Below are positions 11,050 to 23,447 of a stretch of DNA of 64,000 nt, piece after piece. Origin of the DNA: Octopus sinensis (taxonomy: Eukaryota); assembly GCF_006345805.1 (NCBI RefSeq), contig NC_042998.1, positions 189,224,001-189,288,000 of the forward strand, read 5' to 3'. The translations under genes were made by a program, and so were the position numbers. The number at the start of each line of letters is the position of its first letter. Position 1 is the stretch's first letter. The notes beneath the pieces were generated by a model, which saw only the letters and a list, made by a program, of their open reading frames with translations, was not told where the DNA came from and did not search any database.

Positions 11050-11099
11050 TCTAGGTACGGCTCGAGCGGTAACACTGAGATTCTAAGCAGATATGCAAG
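11050..11099 (+). other. Candidate non-coding first exon of GFER (start approximate)
   Basis: Local CpG cluster ending in AAG|GTAAAT. GFER coding exon 1 begins with an acceptor, so an upstream UTR exon is expected. An alternative donor CAG|GTAACA lies at 10312. Confidence 0.3.
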
Positions 11100-12949
11100 G
11101 TAAATAAGATTTGAGGTTTCTCCTTAATTCCGTCCTCGCTTTCATTGAAAATTATCCTTTACAGTGTTCACAAAAAACGCCCTGCGTGACACCGGGTCGC
11201 ATGTGGATCAATAACTCACTGACATTGTCATGTTGCTATGTATATTAGCGGCAAATGCGGCTTCAATGAGTTCTTTCTTCAAAAGTTAGCGATAACTAGA
11301 AATTTCGTTCTTTCAAAGAACTCTCGTTGATATCTTTACAGTATAAGAGTCTTTCAGAGACGAAGGGGAACTAGTTTGATACATTAAATACAACTTTACA
11401 CCGGTACGATAAGACCTTCCCTTAGTTATTTTGATATTCTCTCTCTCCGAAGTGGATAAAAGTATGATGAAATAATGTTTATGACAAAATGCTAGTTTTA
11501 TAGAGGAAAAGAATAGGATCTTCAAGTACTCATACCTTTCCCAACGGCATAAATATAAAAAAAAAGTTTCAGCCGGGAATTGAATTAATCAGCATACTGG
11601 CAGATTACGTCTTGCTCTATGTCGTTCACCACGGGGATTGGTAAAAGAAAAACTGACTCTACATTATAGCACAAGGCTAGCAATTTCGGGAGAGAGGGTA
11701 AGTTGATTACATCGACTCCAGTGATCAACTGGTATTTATTTTATCGATCCTGAAAGAATGAAAGGTGAAGTCAAACTAGGCGGAATTTGAACTCAGAATC
11801 TAAAGCATTTTGCCCAGTATGCTAACGATTCTGCCAGCTCGCCGCCTTATGATTGATGAAATATTGATATGCAAAAATTCGTTCTAAAGTTTTTTTACGT
11901 TGTCTCACAATGTTTAAAACAAAGAACAGTACTGACATTTTATCGTATATAACCTTCATTGATTGTATTTATATTTTTCCGTCTTATATTTCCGGTTTCT
12001 TTGCTTTTCTTTCTTGTCTTCTGAATTTGTACCAATATAGCTGTTTCAATCAACTTCATCATAGCTCCTTTAGGAGACAAACCAAATATACCTACTCCAT
12101 TTCTAACATTTTGTTACTTGCAGATCATCATCATCGTTTAACATCCGCTTTCCATACTAGCATGGGTTGGACGATTTTGACTGAGGGCTGGCGAACCAGA
12201 TGGCTGCACCAGACTCCCAGTCAGGCAGTACTGGCAACGACCTCGCTCGAATCTTTTTACACATGCCACCACCACAGGTGCCAGTGAAGCGACGTTGGTA
12301 ACGATCACGCTCAAATGGTGCCCTTTTACGTGCCACTGGCACGGAAGCCAGTTGGCTGCTCTGGCAACGATCACGCTCGGATGGTGCTCTAGCCACCTTG
12401 TTAACATGGTTGGTGATTTTAATGGCTATGCTGGTTACTCCAGCAGACTTGGAGGCTATGTATATGGTACATGGAATGAGGAAAGATCAAGGTTCGCAGG
12501 GTTCTGTTGTGCAAATAATGCAATCACTTATCAATCAAGTGAATACATATGCTAGATATACTTCATACTCATAAGAAAATAGAATGTGTTGCTGGTTATG
12601 ACTAATATGTCCTTCCTTGGTAAAAAAAAAAATGTATTACTCAACATAGATTAGAGATTGTTGGTAAACTCAAAATCAAAACTAGAGACTCAGAGACTAG
12701 ACAACCTGGAAAAGAGAAGTATGAGAGCTGAAAGATCTCTCAGCTAGATATAGTACTAGATGATACATCTGACAAAAAGGAGGGAGAGATAAAGGTTTAT
12801 AGCATAAAGGGCAGGTGAGAATTCTACAAGACAACATGTTGTGAGCAACTGACCAGATTTGTGTAAGATTTGATCAGATCAGAAAAAGTTCCCAAGCAGA
12901 TGGAAGAGGACATTGTGGAAAGTGTTAAGGTAGAAAAAGCTACAAAAGC

Positions 12950-13700
12950 TAAAAAAAAAAATACACATAGAAATGCTGGAAGTAGAAACCTTATCAAGTA
13001 TTGAAAAGAGAAGCTAGATGTCAGATATACATAGCAAGGCAAGAAGCTGAAAATATAAGGTTTGTCAATATTCTGCAATGAAGGAATTACATGTATGGAG
13101 TGCAAACTAAGATTTCATTGGAGAATAGTGTGAACGGAATGATGGCAGTGCACTTGCCTTCAATGATGCCGAGAAGAAAGAGATATGAAAATGTTACTAC
13201 AAGAGGTTGTTGAATGTGGAGAATACACAGCGATGAGATGAACTTGTCCAAGTAGACCTAACAGAAGGATCAGCTATTGAAATTGAGAACTATATTGTTG
13301 AAGACATGATTAAGGATATTAAGGCATGGAAAGCTGCTGTACAACCAGGGATAGTCACTGAAATGCAAAGATATCTGGCAAAGTAAGATGCACTAGTCAT
13401 ACACTGTTAATCATGATACAACCTGCTTATCAGGTCAACCATGATAAAATATACCAGAGGTCAAAGGCATTCTATCCATGTCTATTCTGTTTTCTCCCCC
13501 CTTTGTACGGCAAACCCTAAATCATATTATCCAATGTATTCATTAAGACAATAGGGTGTAATTTCAGGGAATACAGGGATATATACCAAATGATTGCCAG
13601 AAAAGAATTCCCATCAACTGCTACAGAGGCAATGTAGATACTTTAGAAAGAAAGAACAACGGGTAGACTAGGCTATGAGAGTAACAGAAAGAATTATAGT
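12950..13700 (+). mobile_element. Highly degenerate RTE LINE fragment (upstream part of the ORF); boundaries approximate
   Basis: Fragments YIARQEAE, NDAEKKE, YYKRLLNVEN, EGSAIEI, KAA..GIVTEM. Confidence 0.55.
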
Positions 13701-13925
13701 ACAACTGATTAGAAAGAGAATTTAGGAAGATACAGTTGAGATTTACATGAGAGCTGGGTGCCACCAACACTCTGTTTTTAGTGAGACAGTTTCAGGCAGA
13801 AGTTATGAAATAAGAGTTAACTGCTCCACTTAGCATTCATAAACTACAAGGAGACATGTTACAGAGAGGTAGCAACTTTACCGTGTTATATGAGCTGCCT
13901 GTACACACATATTAACGTCATTAAA

Positions 13926-14025
13926 AGGGAATACTGTTGTGTCTGCCTACATTTATATTTATTTATTTATATATATATATATAAATAAATAAATATAAAT
14001 GTAGGCAGACACAACAGTATTCCCT
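13926..14025. repeat. Perfect 100-bp palindrome
   Basis: agggaatactgttgtgtctgcctacatttatatttatttatttat-atatatatat-exact reverse complement. Confidence 0.95.
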
Positions 14026-14039
14026 ATTTATTCAAAATG

Positions 14040-14240
14040 TGACCGTGCATGTACCATTGGCGATTTTTTTTTTTCCTCCATCTTCCCTTCTTTGGATCTT
14101 TCCTTTTCCTATGTTTCTGATGAAGAGCTCCGCTTGAAACGTTAAACTTTCCTTCTTTCCTGAGCATCCAATAACACTATACTTGTTCCACGTCCTCGCG
14201 TTGTTGTGTTTTCTCTTTGTGTTTTCATGTTTGGATTAAC
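14040..14240 (+). mobile_element. Penelope-like element terminal remnant carrying a hammerhead motif
   Basis: Hammerhead core at 14113-14147; ends in ggattaac(TA)n. Confidence 0.55.
14113..14147 (+). ncRNA. Minimal type I hammerhead ribozyme
   Basis: GTTT-CTGATGA-A-GAGC(TCC)GCTT-GAAAC-GTT-AAAC: intact core, stems I and II, palindromic loopless stem III. Confidence 0.7.
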
Positions 14241-14271
<31 letters not shown>

Positions 14272-14806
14272 ATCCATTTGAAGTTTATGATTCATTCTGA
14301 GTTTCTTAGCTTTTTGAGTTTGTTACCTGATCAGACATACAAAAATTAAGAACTCAGTGTATCAACTGAATGAATCTTTAAGTTTGAATGACTTAACTCT
14401 ACTAAGTGTGTTAAAGACTTTTTATCCTATTTTTATTCTCAAACACACACATTATGTGTGTCATGGTTGAGACAAAAGTATTGAAAATCAACAGGACCTG
14501 CAAAGAAATATTGAGTATGATCTGTTGGATATGCAGTATCATCAAACATCTAGCACAAGTTAACCAAGAGTGCCATTATGTATTAAACAAATCAGCCTGT
14601 GTATGCAAAAATGGCAGTTGAAGTGGCATAGGCCATATGTTGTGAATGGTTGATGAGAGCTGGAATGAAACAGGCTCATGTAAAAACTAAAGATGGACAC
14701 AAGAAATTTGCAAAAATTTTTAAATCAACATGTTGACCCTTGCAGAAAATATGACACTTAAATCTCCAATCAGTGCAAGCATAGAAAAACCAAGGTTAAA
14801 ATATAT

Positions 14807-15031
14807 ACACAGTTAGCCAAAAGTCACCCAACAGTAAATCAAAATTCCATAAATACTTAATATTCAATTTTATTTATTCATTCCAATTATGAATGTTTAA
14901 TAATTGAATGCTGTGAATTAAAATCACCCTTTATTTAAATGCTTTTATTAAATTCATTCAGTTTTTAAACATAAATAAACCTTGGAATTAAATTTTTGAT
15001 TTACTGTCAGGTGACTTTTGGCCAACCCAAT
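14807..15031. mobile_element. Mariner-type MITE
   Basis: Inverted ends gttagccaaaagtcacccaacagtaaatcaaaa / tttttgatttactgtcaggtgacttttggccaacccaata. Confidence 0.65.
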
Positions 15032-15164
15032 ATAATAATAATAATGATGAAATCATTGTATACAGTGCTCAGGTGCACCACAATTTGTCAAAAGTGTGTA
15101 TAAAGCATATATTATATTTTTAAACGATTACCTTGTATTATTTCAGATTTAGTTCAATGTACAC

Positions 15165-15410
15165 ATGTCAGCCTCAAACCTACCAAAAAGTAAAGTTGAC
15201 AGTCCTGTTCCCTCAAATTCATCAAACAACCACACATCTGGAAGTGAACAAGATCCTTCTCAAAAACCTGCTTCAAAATTGGAAACACCCACATCTGCAA
15301 ATGTTTCGTTTAATTTAGATGTGAAGAAAGATGAAAAACCATCTAGTAAATTGTGCCGAGCATGTACAGATTTTAAAACCTGGATGAAAGCACAACCTGC
15401 AATAACTCAG
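15165..15410 (+). CDS. GFER: GFER coding exon 1
   Basis: Acceptor tttcag at 15146, ATG 15165, CRAC motif, donor CAG|gtaggt. Confidence 0.92.
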
Positions 15411-18400
15411 GTAGGTGTATTATTTTTACAACTTGCTTAATATTTCTGTGCACTTTTTAACACTGTGGGGAATAGCTCTTGGTTGATTTAGTTGCTATTT
15501 CTACCAAGTTGAGCAACTATGTAGGAACTCCATTGCTAGTTGAACTGGGTTTTTTTCTCAACTCATTTGTCCTCCATCATACATACATTACCATTATTTA
15601 TCCAGTGAAACATGTTTGCTTCATTTCTTTCTAATCATCACACATCTTTTGCATTCAGTGCATTATTTGTAGCATTGTATTCTGCATACAAGTATCATAC
15701 AATTTGTCTTTATTCAGAGAATAAAACCAATTGTTACCATCAGAAGTAATACCTCCCTGGATTTTTCCACTCCATGCTTATTCTAGCAATTATGCTTTTG
15801 GAACACTCTCTACCATTGCTAATTAGATCACCTAGATTACTATTAATTAAGTCAACTACTCATAATCCTGGATATTTAAAGAAGTTTATCTTGCTGGTAT
15901 TTTTACTCCTTACTGTTCCTGTGCATCATCATCATCATCATCGTTTAACGTCCGCTTTCCATGCTAGCATGGGTTGGACGATTTGACTGAGGGCTGGTGA
16001 ACCAGATGGCTGCACCAGGCTCCAGTCTTGATCTGGCAGAGTTCCTACAGCTGAATGCCCTTCCTAACGCCAACCACTCCGAGAGTGTAGTGGGTGCTTT
16101 TTACATGCCACCGGCACAGGGGCCAGTCAGGCGGTACTGGCAATGACCTCACTCGAATCTTTTTACACATGCCACCGGCACAGGTGCCAGTAAAGCAATG
16201 TTGGTAACAATCACGCTCAAACGATGCCCCTTTACGTGCCACCAGCATGGAAGCCAGTTGGCTGCTCTGGCAACAATCACGCTCAGTTGGTGCTCTTGGC
16301 ACAAGTACCAGTAAGGCGAAGCTGGTAACGATCACTTTCGAATGGTGCCTTTATGTGCTACAATCCTGGATATTTAAATAAGTTTATCTTGCTTGTATTT
16401 TTACTCCTTACTGTTCCTGTGCATCTGCCAAAATACGGAGCCTATTTTTCCTTCTGCTTATTTATGATCCATTACACTACACCTTTTGAGCATCTATTGT
16501 GTTATGTTGGATACATCAAATGGAATTCCTGCCTACTCCTTTTCTGTATATCAGGCATGGCCACTTTCCCAACAGCAGAATGATCCTGTTTTCTTTCCTC
16601 TAACTAAAATTTTAGTCTTTGCTAGATTTATTCTTAAAGCCTCTTGATTTTTTGCTTGGTTTTGCTACCAAGTTTGAATTTTCATCTTTAAACCTTTGAC
16701 CAATTTATAAATATGTGTTTGTATTTGTATTTTGAAATAATTACAGGTTGAGAAAAAACCTGCTGAATGTCCACTTGATAAAAATGAGTTAGGCAGTAAC
16801 ACATGGTCATTCCTTCATACAATGGCTGCTTATTATCCAGATAAACCAACAACACAACAGCAACAAGACATGCATTCATTTATAAATATTTTCGCAAAGT
16901 TTTATCCATGTGATTATTGTGCAGAACATCTAAGGGAAGAGTAAGTCTTGTTTGTTTATTTTTGTTACTATTTTTTTTAACCATTTTCCTACTGTTTTTT
17001 TTCACACAAACCAATTATGGAACCTCTAAGGGATCACCTGACTTGATAAAAATAGCAATAGAATATCCCTGAAAGGAACACATTGATTAACTGGAATGCC
17101 TTTAATCATAGGCCTGTTTAATCAGTGCTGACTTTGGACTAAACAGCAATTGTTTTTTTATTACAGTTTTGTGGAATTAGCTTGAGTAAATGTTGGTGTT
17201 TACATATTTCAAGGATCATTTGGCTTCTCTTCTGTAATTTTAAATAAAACTGAAGGAGCCTTTTGTAAATCACTTGAAATAACAGCCACATCATTCTCAG
17301 ATCATGTGATTTTTTTTTTTTTTAAACAAGAATGCTTTGAATAGAGTAGTCCTAAATATTGTATATTTGAAAACAAGATTGGCAGACACCCATAAAATTA
17401 TTAACCATCTTAGAAACAATAACTCTGAGCACCTTTTCAAACTCCATCTGTCTAACACCCATGGACATATTTACAAAGTCAGAAAACAGCACAGCTCCCA
17501 TGACTTTTGGAAACATTTTTTCACGCTTAGAGTTGCTGAAGTATGGAACAAACTGCCAGCATCAGTTGTTAGTTGTTGGAGCACTGCATCCTTCAAAACT
17601 TCCATGCTTCCTAAGATTCGCCAACACTACACCTGGTTTTCTCCCTTCCATATACACGCAATCATGTATCTGACTCATACACTGTTCACTTCCCAGACAT
17701 TTGTACATTACTGCATATGCTTTATATGCACTTTTGACAAGTCGTGGTGCACTTGAGCACTGTATACAATAATTTCATTATTATTATTATTATTATTATG
17801 ACACTGCATCCTTTAAGGCCCTCATGCTTTCCAAAATCCGCCGAAACTACACCTGATTGTCCCCCTTCCATACTCATACACATATATGTATGTCATGACT
17901 CATACACTGTTCTTTTCCTGACACTTGTACATTACCCTATGTACTCTTTCACCACAACTTTCTCTCACTCTGTTTCTGTTGTACCTGTATTTCAATCTTG
18001 ATCTGGCAGAGTTTCTACAGCTGGATGCCCTTCCTAATACCAACCACTCCGAGAGTGTAGTGGGCACTTTTTACGTGCCACCTGCACAGAGGCCAGTCAG
18101 GCAGTACTGGCAATGACCTCGCTTGAATCTTTTTACACATGCCACCGGCACAGGTACCAGTAAGCCATGTTGGAAAAAAATCAAGATAGTGAATATATTG
18201 CAGTGGATGTGAGATCAATAAATCTATTTACACTCTGGACAGGAAGATTAATCAAGCAGGATCACAATAATAACAGAATGAGAACAATATGCCTTCCATG
18301 AATTGAATAAAGGGCTCAGTTCTAAATTCTGTGAACAAAACTGAATACAAGAAGCACTTGAAAGGCATCAGAGTATACAATATCAAAAACATTGTGTCTA

Positions 18401-19968
18401 TAACAATTAAGATGAGAATATTAGTCTAAATATATGAATTTTAAAAAGAAGGGAAAAAGCAATTTCCAGTCTCTGTAATTGAGTGCTTAGCAGTAGGAGA
18501 ATCTAATAATAAAAAAACACCCTTAATAATATGGACAAATGGATTTAAAAACAATATATTTTACTATCAGTGGGTGTACTAAATCTTCTAATTCATAAAT
18601 GATACAAAAATATACAGCACAAGCCAGAACTTTAAGCACATTATGCAATAATATACACAATATTTTTACAACTTAATACCTTTATTCGAGTGGAACTTCT
18701 TTTAGTCTAGTAAACTGGAACAAAGAGTTTTATGTGTATTTGCAGAGATGCAACACATTAACTGCAGTGAAGATTTGAAATTATAGGCACAGTAGTGGCT
18801 GTGTGGTAAGTAGCTTGTTTACCAACCACATGGTTCTGGGTTCAGTTCCACTGCGTGGCACCTTGGGCAAGTGTCTTTTACTATAGCCTCGGGCCGACCA
18901 AAGCCTTGTGAGTGGATTTGGTAGACGGAAACTGAAAGAAGCCTGTCGTATATATGTATATATATATGTATGTGTGTTTGTTTGTGTGTCTGTGTTAGTC
19001 CCCCTAGCATTGCTTGACAACTGATGCTGGTGTGTTTATGTCTCCGTTACTTAGCGATTCGGCAAAAGAGACCGATAGAATAAGTACTGGGCTTACAAAA
19101 GAATAAGTCCCGGAGTCGAGTTGCTCGATTAAAGGCGGTGCTCCAGCATGGCCGCAGTCAAATGACTGAAACAAGTAAAAGAATATAAGGTAATCCAGCA
19201 CCTTGACATCTCAGCTGTTGTTGCCTCACCTAATCATGCTCAATTTCTTTTAGTATGTGAATCCTTAATTAAAGCTATTAAATTGTATCTTTGCTGGTGT
19301 AGAATGAGGAGATACTGGCAAATTTATCCAACAAATCCTTTCACCTACATAACTGTCTATTATGTTCATTGTGTTTTATACTAATACTAGCACTATGACC
19401 CGGCAACGCCTGGTCATAGTGCTAGTGCATGCATATACAGCTGTGTGCGTGCGCACATACACGAGAGTACTGTCCAAATCTCCGACCAATCACTTACAGC
19501 TAGCTGGCATTCAATTGGTGTATCAAGTTTCAGGCATTTTGATTGGGTTTTGGATAGAAAATTCACAAAAAAGTCACTTCTATTGACTTTTTAATGGGGA
19601 AATATAAAGATGTGCATGACCACCCTTGGATGGTTTTGAATGACCATAGAAAGTGCGAGCCCTCTAACTGAAAAATTGTGGATTTGTATAAAGGACACAC
19701 ACACACACACAGACATTTTGCCGTTTATATATAGAGAGATATCTTGTGAATTGACAAAACACTTAGGATATTAAACTACTGTATTTCTGTTTTTTTGTTT
19801 TTCAGTTTGAAAACTAATGTACCAGACACAACTTCTCGCCATAATTTATCACAATGGTTTTGTCATACCCATAACCGAGTGAATCTCTTGCTTGGTAAAC
19901 CACAGTTTGATTGTAGCAAAGTTGATGAGCGTTGGAAAGATGGATGGAAAGATGGCAGCTGTGATTAA
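15165..19968 (+). CDS. GFER: FAD-linked sulfhydryl oxidase ALR/Erv1; join(15165-15410,16747-16940,19806-19968), 200 aa
   Basis: CRAC shuttle motif ([11 protein letters not shown]), [18 protein letters not shown], redox [22 protein letters not shown]-terminal [16 protein letters not shown] introns of phase 0 and 2; 603 nt total; in-frame TAG upstream of the ATG. Confidence 0.96.
15928..16361 (-). mobile_element. RTE 3'UTR copy flanked by a 64-bp direct repeat
   Basis: Direct repeats 15864-15927 and 16362-16425 are 62/64 identical. Confidence 0.85.
16747..16940 (+). CDS. GFER: GFER coding exon 2
   Basis: ttacag|[16 protein letters not shown]...[13 protein letters not shown]|gtaagt. Confidence 0.96.
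17381..17790 (+). mobile_element. CR1-clade LINE 3' fragment
   Basis: Near-identical to 35370-35770; ATT tail. Confidence 0.88.
18785..19183 (+). mobile_element. Second tRNA-derived SINE family (~390 bp, internal TA/TG microsatellite)
   Basis: Head aggcacagtagtggctgtgtggtaag..gggttcagttccactg, body ggcaccttgggcaagtgtc, tail gactgaaacaagtaaaaga. Copies at 2100-2370, 8260-8890, 38249-38630, 45942-46328. Confidence 0.88.
19386..19740 (+). mobile_element. Helentron/DINE-like non-autonomous element
   Basis: 5' ACTAG opening a 15-bp stem hairpin; 3' (CA)n then TTTATATATAGAGAGAT. Confidence 0.55.
19806..19968 (+). CDS. GFER: GFER coding exon 3
   Basis: ttcag|..[23 protein letters not shown]...DGSCD TAA. 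Confidence 0.96.
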
Positions 19969-20289
19969 ACACTAAAATGACTTGTTAGACATCCATTAAC
20001 TACCCACTAATTGCTGGTTGTTGATTAAATCTGTTATCAAAACAACAAACAAACCTCATCCAATTTTGATACAGCCTTATTTGTTATTTGAAATTTATTT
20101 GCAATGTAAATTTTATAAATTAGATTGAGTATACTTAGGTGTGTGTGTATATGTGTATATATGTCTATGAGGAGAGAGTGTGGCAGATAAAAAGTATACT
20201 TAGTAGAACAATAAAATTATTTGATAACATTTTAATACTCTTCTTTTTGTATTTCTGTGGTGATTTATCATCAGAGTCTGCTTCTCCAT

Positions 20290-20513
20290 GTTATTCTACA
20301 TGTACTATGGATGGATGAGGAGAGATGTGTGAAGAAGTGCCACTCCCCAACTGTTGAAGGAATCCAGGGTAGACCCAGGAAGACATGGGACGAGGTGGTC
20401 AAGCGTGACCTTCGTACATCGAGCCTCAGAGAGGCTATGACGAAAGACCCAGACCCCGGTCAAACCGTCCAACCCATGCTAGCATGGAAAACGGACGTTA
20501 AACGATGACGATG
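20290..20513 (+). mobile_element. RTE LINE 3' end with internal deletion
   Basis: GRPRKTWDEVVKRDLR...MTKD joined directly to ccccggtcaaaccgtccaacccatgctagcatggaaaacggacgttaaacgatgacgatg. Confidence 0.85.
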
Positions 20514-22589
20514 ACTACAGAATGATATTGAGTCTCTAGTGAGCTAAGCATGGCTATGTTGTTAAGATGTTTCTTTCACACCACAAGGATCAGAGTTCAT
20601 TTTCGTTTTCACTATGCAACACCTTGGACAAGTGTCTTCTGCCATAACCTCAGATTGATCAATACTTTGTGAGTAAAATTTGATAGACAGAAACTGTTCA
20701 GAAATCTGTTGTTTATATGTATATCTATCAGTAATTTATATCAGCAAATGATATAAACATTGGCAAAAAAAAAGGATGCTTCTTTGTCACTTATGTCTTT
20801 ACATTTCATAAAAGGAAAACTACTACTGAACCAGTAAAAATTATATCATCATCGTTTAACGTCTGTTTTCCATGCTAGCATGGGTTGGACGGTGCAACTG
20901 GGGTCTGGGAAGCCAGGAGTCTGCACCAGGCTCCAGTCTGATCTGGCAGTGTTTCTACAGCTGGATGCTCTTCCTAATGCCAACCACTCCGTGAGTGTAG
21001 TGGGTGCTTTTTACATATCACAGGCACAGGTGCCAGGGGAGGTGTTTTTACCATCCACATTCCAGATAGGTCTGGAATTTACCTCTCTGTTTCTTTGTCA
21101 TCTCACATGTGAAAGCCGATATTTTGATGTACATCCATTCATATTTACATGGATTACACTGGTCTGGAATTTACCATTCTTTGTAACCTTGTAGATGGTA
21201 CATTTTGTTTTGTCCTTTCAAAAAGCTTCCATTCACAATTCAGTCTACTTTTCCACCTTGAGATAAGCCTACAAGGGGATCTCTAGGCTGTCGTTCCACC
21301 TGCTAGAAATAGCAGTCAAATCTCCCTCATATCACATCCTATTGTTTTAATAAAGGATGACACAATGGCTCAAGTGATTTTTCTTCGTGACACCCAAAAG
21401 AAAACATTGGATGGTCATGGATGGAAAGCCTTTGATCAAAGGTCTAACTTGCAGTTAAACAACAGCAATAATCACCTTTAAAAAACTTCTACTATAACAA
21501 GTCAAAAGAGCCCCCTCATAGTAGTTAACTACTAAAAGTAGCTAAATTGTTTTTAAATCGTACCTTTCACCATTGGAAATTGTGTGGAAGCTGATCAGAA
21601 CTGATTTTCTGTTTGGCTGGAAAACTTAATATACTCTCATTTAACACCACCACCAACCTTTTGAGTGCCTTCAGAAAATTCCGCACTGTTGCAAGCATTC
21701 AGGCCAAGTTTTCTGTCTGCCAATAAGTTCTTCCATTCTTCTTACCATTAACCATGTGGCCACCTTTAACTCCCAAGTGTCATTTGATCAACCCTGTGAA
21801 GTCGAAGACCAGCTTGGTGAGTAAGAAGCTGATTAGGATGATTAACAATGACATTAGGAGAGCCTCCAGCTTTGCCTTTTAGTGCAATACCAGTAAGGTT
21901 TAAAACCAAGAGTGACAGAGGTAGAGCGAGGTTTACCCAGTTTGATAAAGTAGCCCTCTACTGGCCACCAGCAGAATTAAAGATAGGACTAACTCCACCA
22001 ACAGAAAATCCCACTGCAAAGTTTTGTTCACAACCCTCTTCCCACTGAACATAAAAGCTTGAGTTAAATCTTTCTTAGTTTAGTAGATAGTCAGTTTCAC
22101 CAAATGCACAGGTTCCCAAAAATATTTAATTGACATACTTTAAGAGCTTCTGTAAGCTGTGCAACTAATAAAAAGAAAATATTAGTACGTAAGCTCATAC
22201 ATGAGACAAGCAGAATGCTCATACAGAAGTAATACCACATGTCCACTTAATGGCCAATGCACAACACAGATACCATTATATATGTCAGAGGTGATGTCAA
22301 AGACCCAAGCAGGCCGACAGACATGTGAAGATAAGTGGGCACTACAGAAGGTCCTTTCTGGAACAGATTTAACAACCATAAATCATCCTTTAATAACCAG
22401 GTGAGGTAGTGCATGAAGACAGACACCTTTCTCTTTGGCTATGCTCTCATCAGCTTTTCCAAGTTTCACTTGAAAGAGAAAATAATGGTAGAGAAATAAG
22501 AGCTGCTCCCAGTAAATTATTTGAAAAGTGTCTTAAGAGTAGCAAGGATTGTCCTGGTGAACAAGCCAGCTCTAAGCATGCACCTATAG

Positions 22590-23010
22590 AATAATAATAA
22601 TAATTAATTCTTTTATTGGCCACAAGGGCTGACAAAAATTAATTATAACAAGGGACAAAACACAGGACAAAAGTTACCAAGGGTTTTGTCCATTTGTAAA
22701 AAAACATGTAAAAACAGTGTAACAACGAAAAACTCCCAATAGGGAGTATTACGAAAGGTTCCTGGAGGAAAAACCCATAAAAGCCACAGGAGCCTGGTCA
22801 AAAGGTGGGTAGAGAGCCCCTTTCTCCTTTTATATTACCTTTTTAATTACAGGTGTATCCTCAGAATGGCTTCTTTCATACTGGCCATTCTTGCGACATT
22901 TATCCACCTTTCAGTAAACTTGCTATCGGACAGCACTTCCCTCTCTACTCTCATCTTCCTTTTCAAGTGATGAGGCCTGGGCCAAAGAGCAAAGTGTCTG
23001 ACCTTAGCCC
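22590..23010 (-). mobile_element. L1/Tx1-like LINE 3' end
   Basis: HHLKRKMRVEREVLSDSKFTERWINVARMASMKEAILRIHL*, T-rich 3'UTR, AATAAA and (TTA)n tail. Confidence 0.6.
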
Positions 23011-23447
23011 TTTCAAACGGGTCCTCCATACCACCTCTTTCGTTACAGCCACTAGTAATGTACAAATGTCTGGAAAGCGAACAGTGTATGAGTCAGATAC
23101 ATGCTTGTGTGTGTATGGAGGGGAGAAAATCAGGTGTAGTGTTGGCGAATCTCAGGAAGCGTGGAAGTTTTGAAGGATGCAGTGCTCCGACAACTAACAA
23201 CTGATGCCGGCAGTTTGTTCCATACTTCAGCATGGAATGAAGGAGGAGAAGGCACTTGCTCTAGTGATCAGGATGACCGTGGTTTTGTTGGTTTCCATGA
23301 GTAGCCCCTAGAAGTCTTCAGCTAACCCCAACGTCCACCCAAACTTGTACCTATTTTAGAAAAATGGAGAAGGTGAAATGACAGAAGAGTTAAGATTCAA
23401 ACGAAATGTATTGCAGTATTTGCTCCGGTTCTTTACATTCTGCACTT

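Noticed and set aside
11215-11300. Short minus-strand frame LLKKELIEAAFAANIHSNMTMS ending in GTGAGT
   Set aside because: An in-frame stop follows the only plausible acceptor and no partner exon was found.
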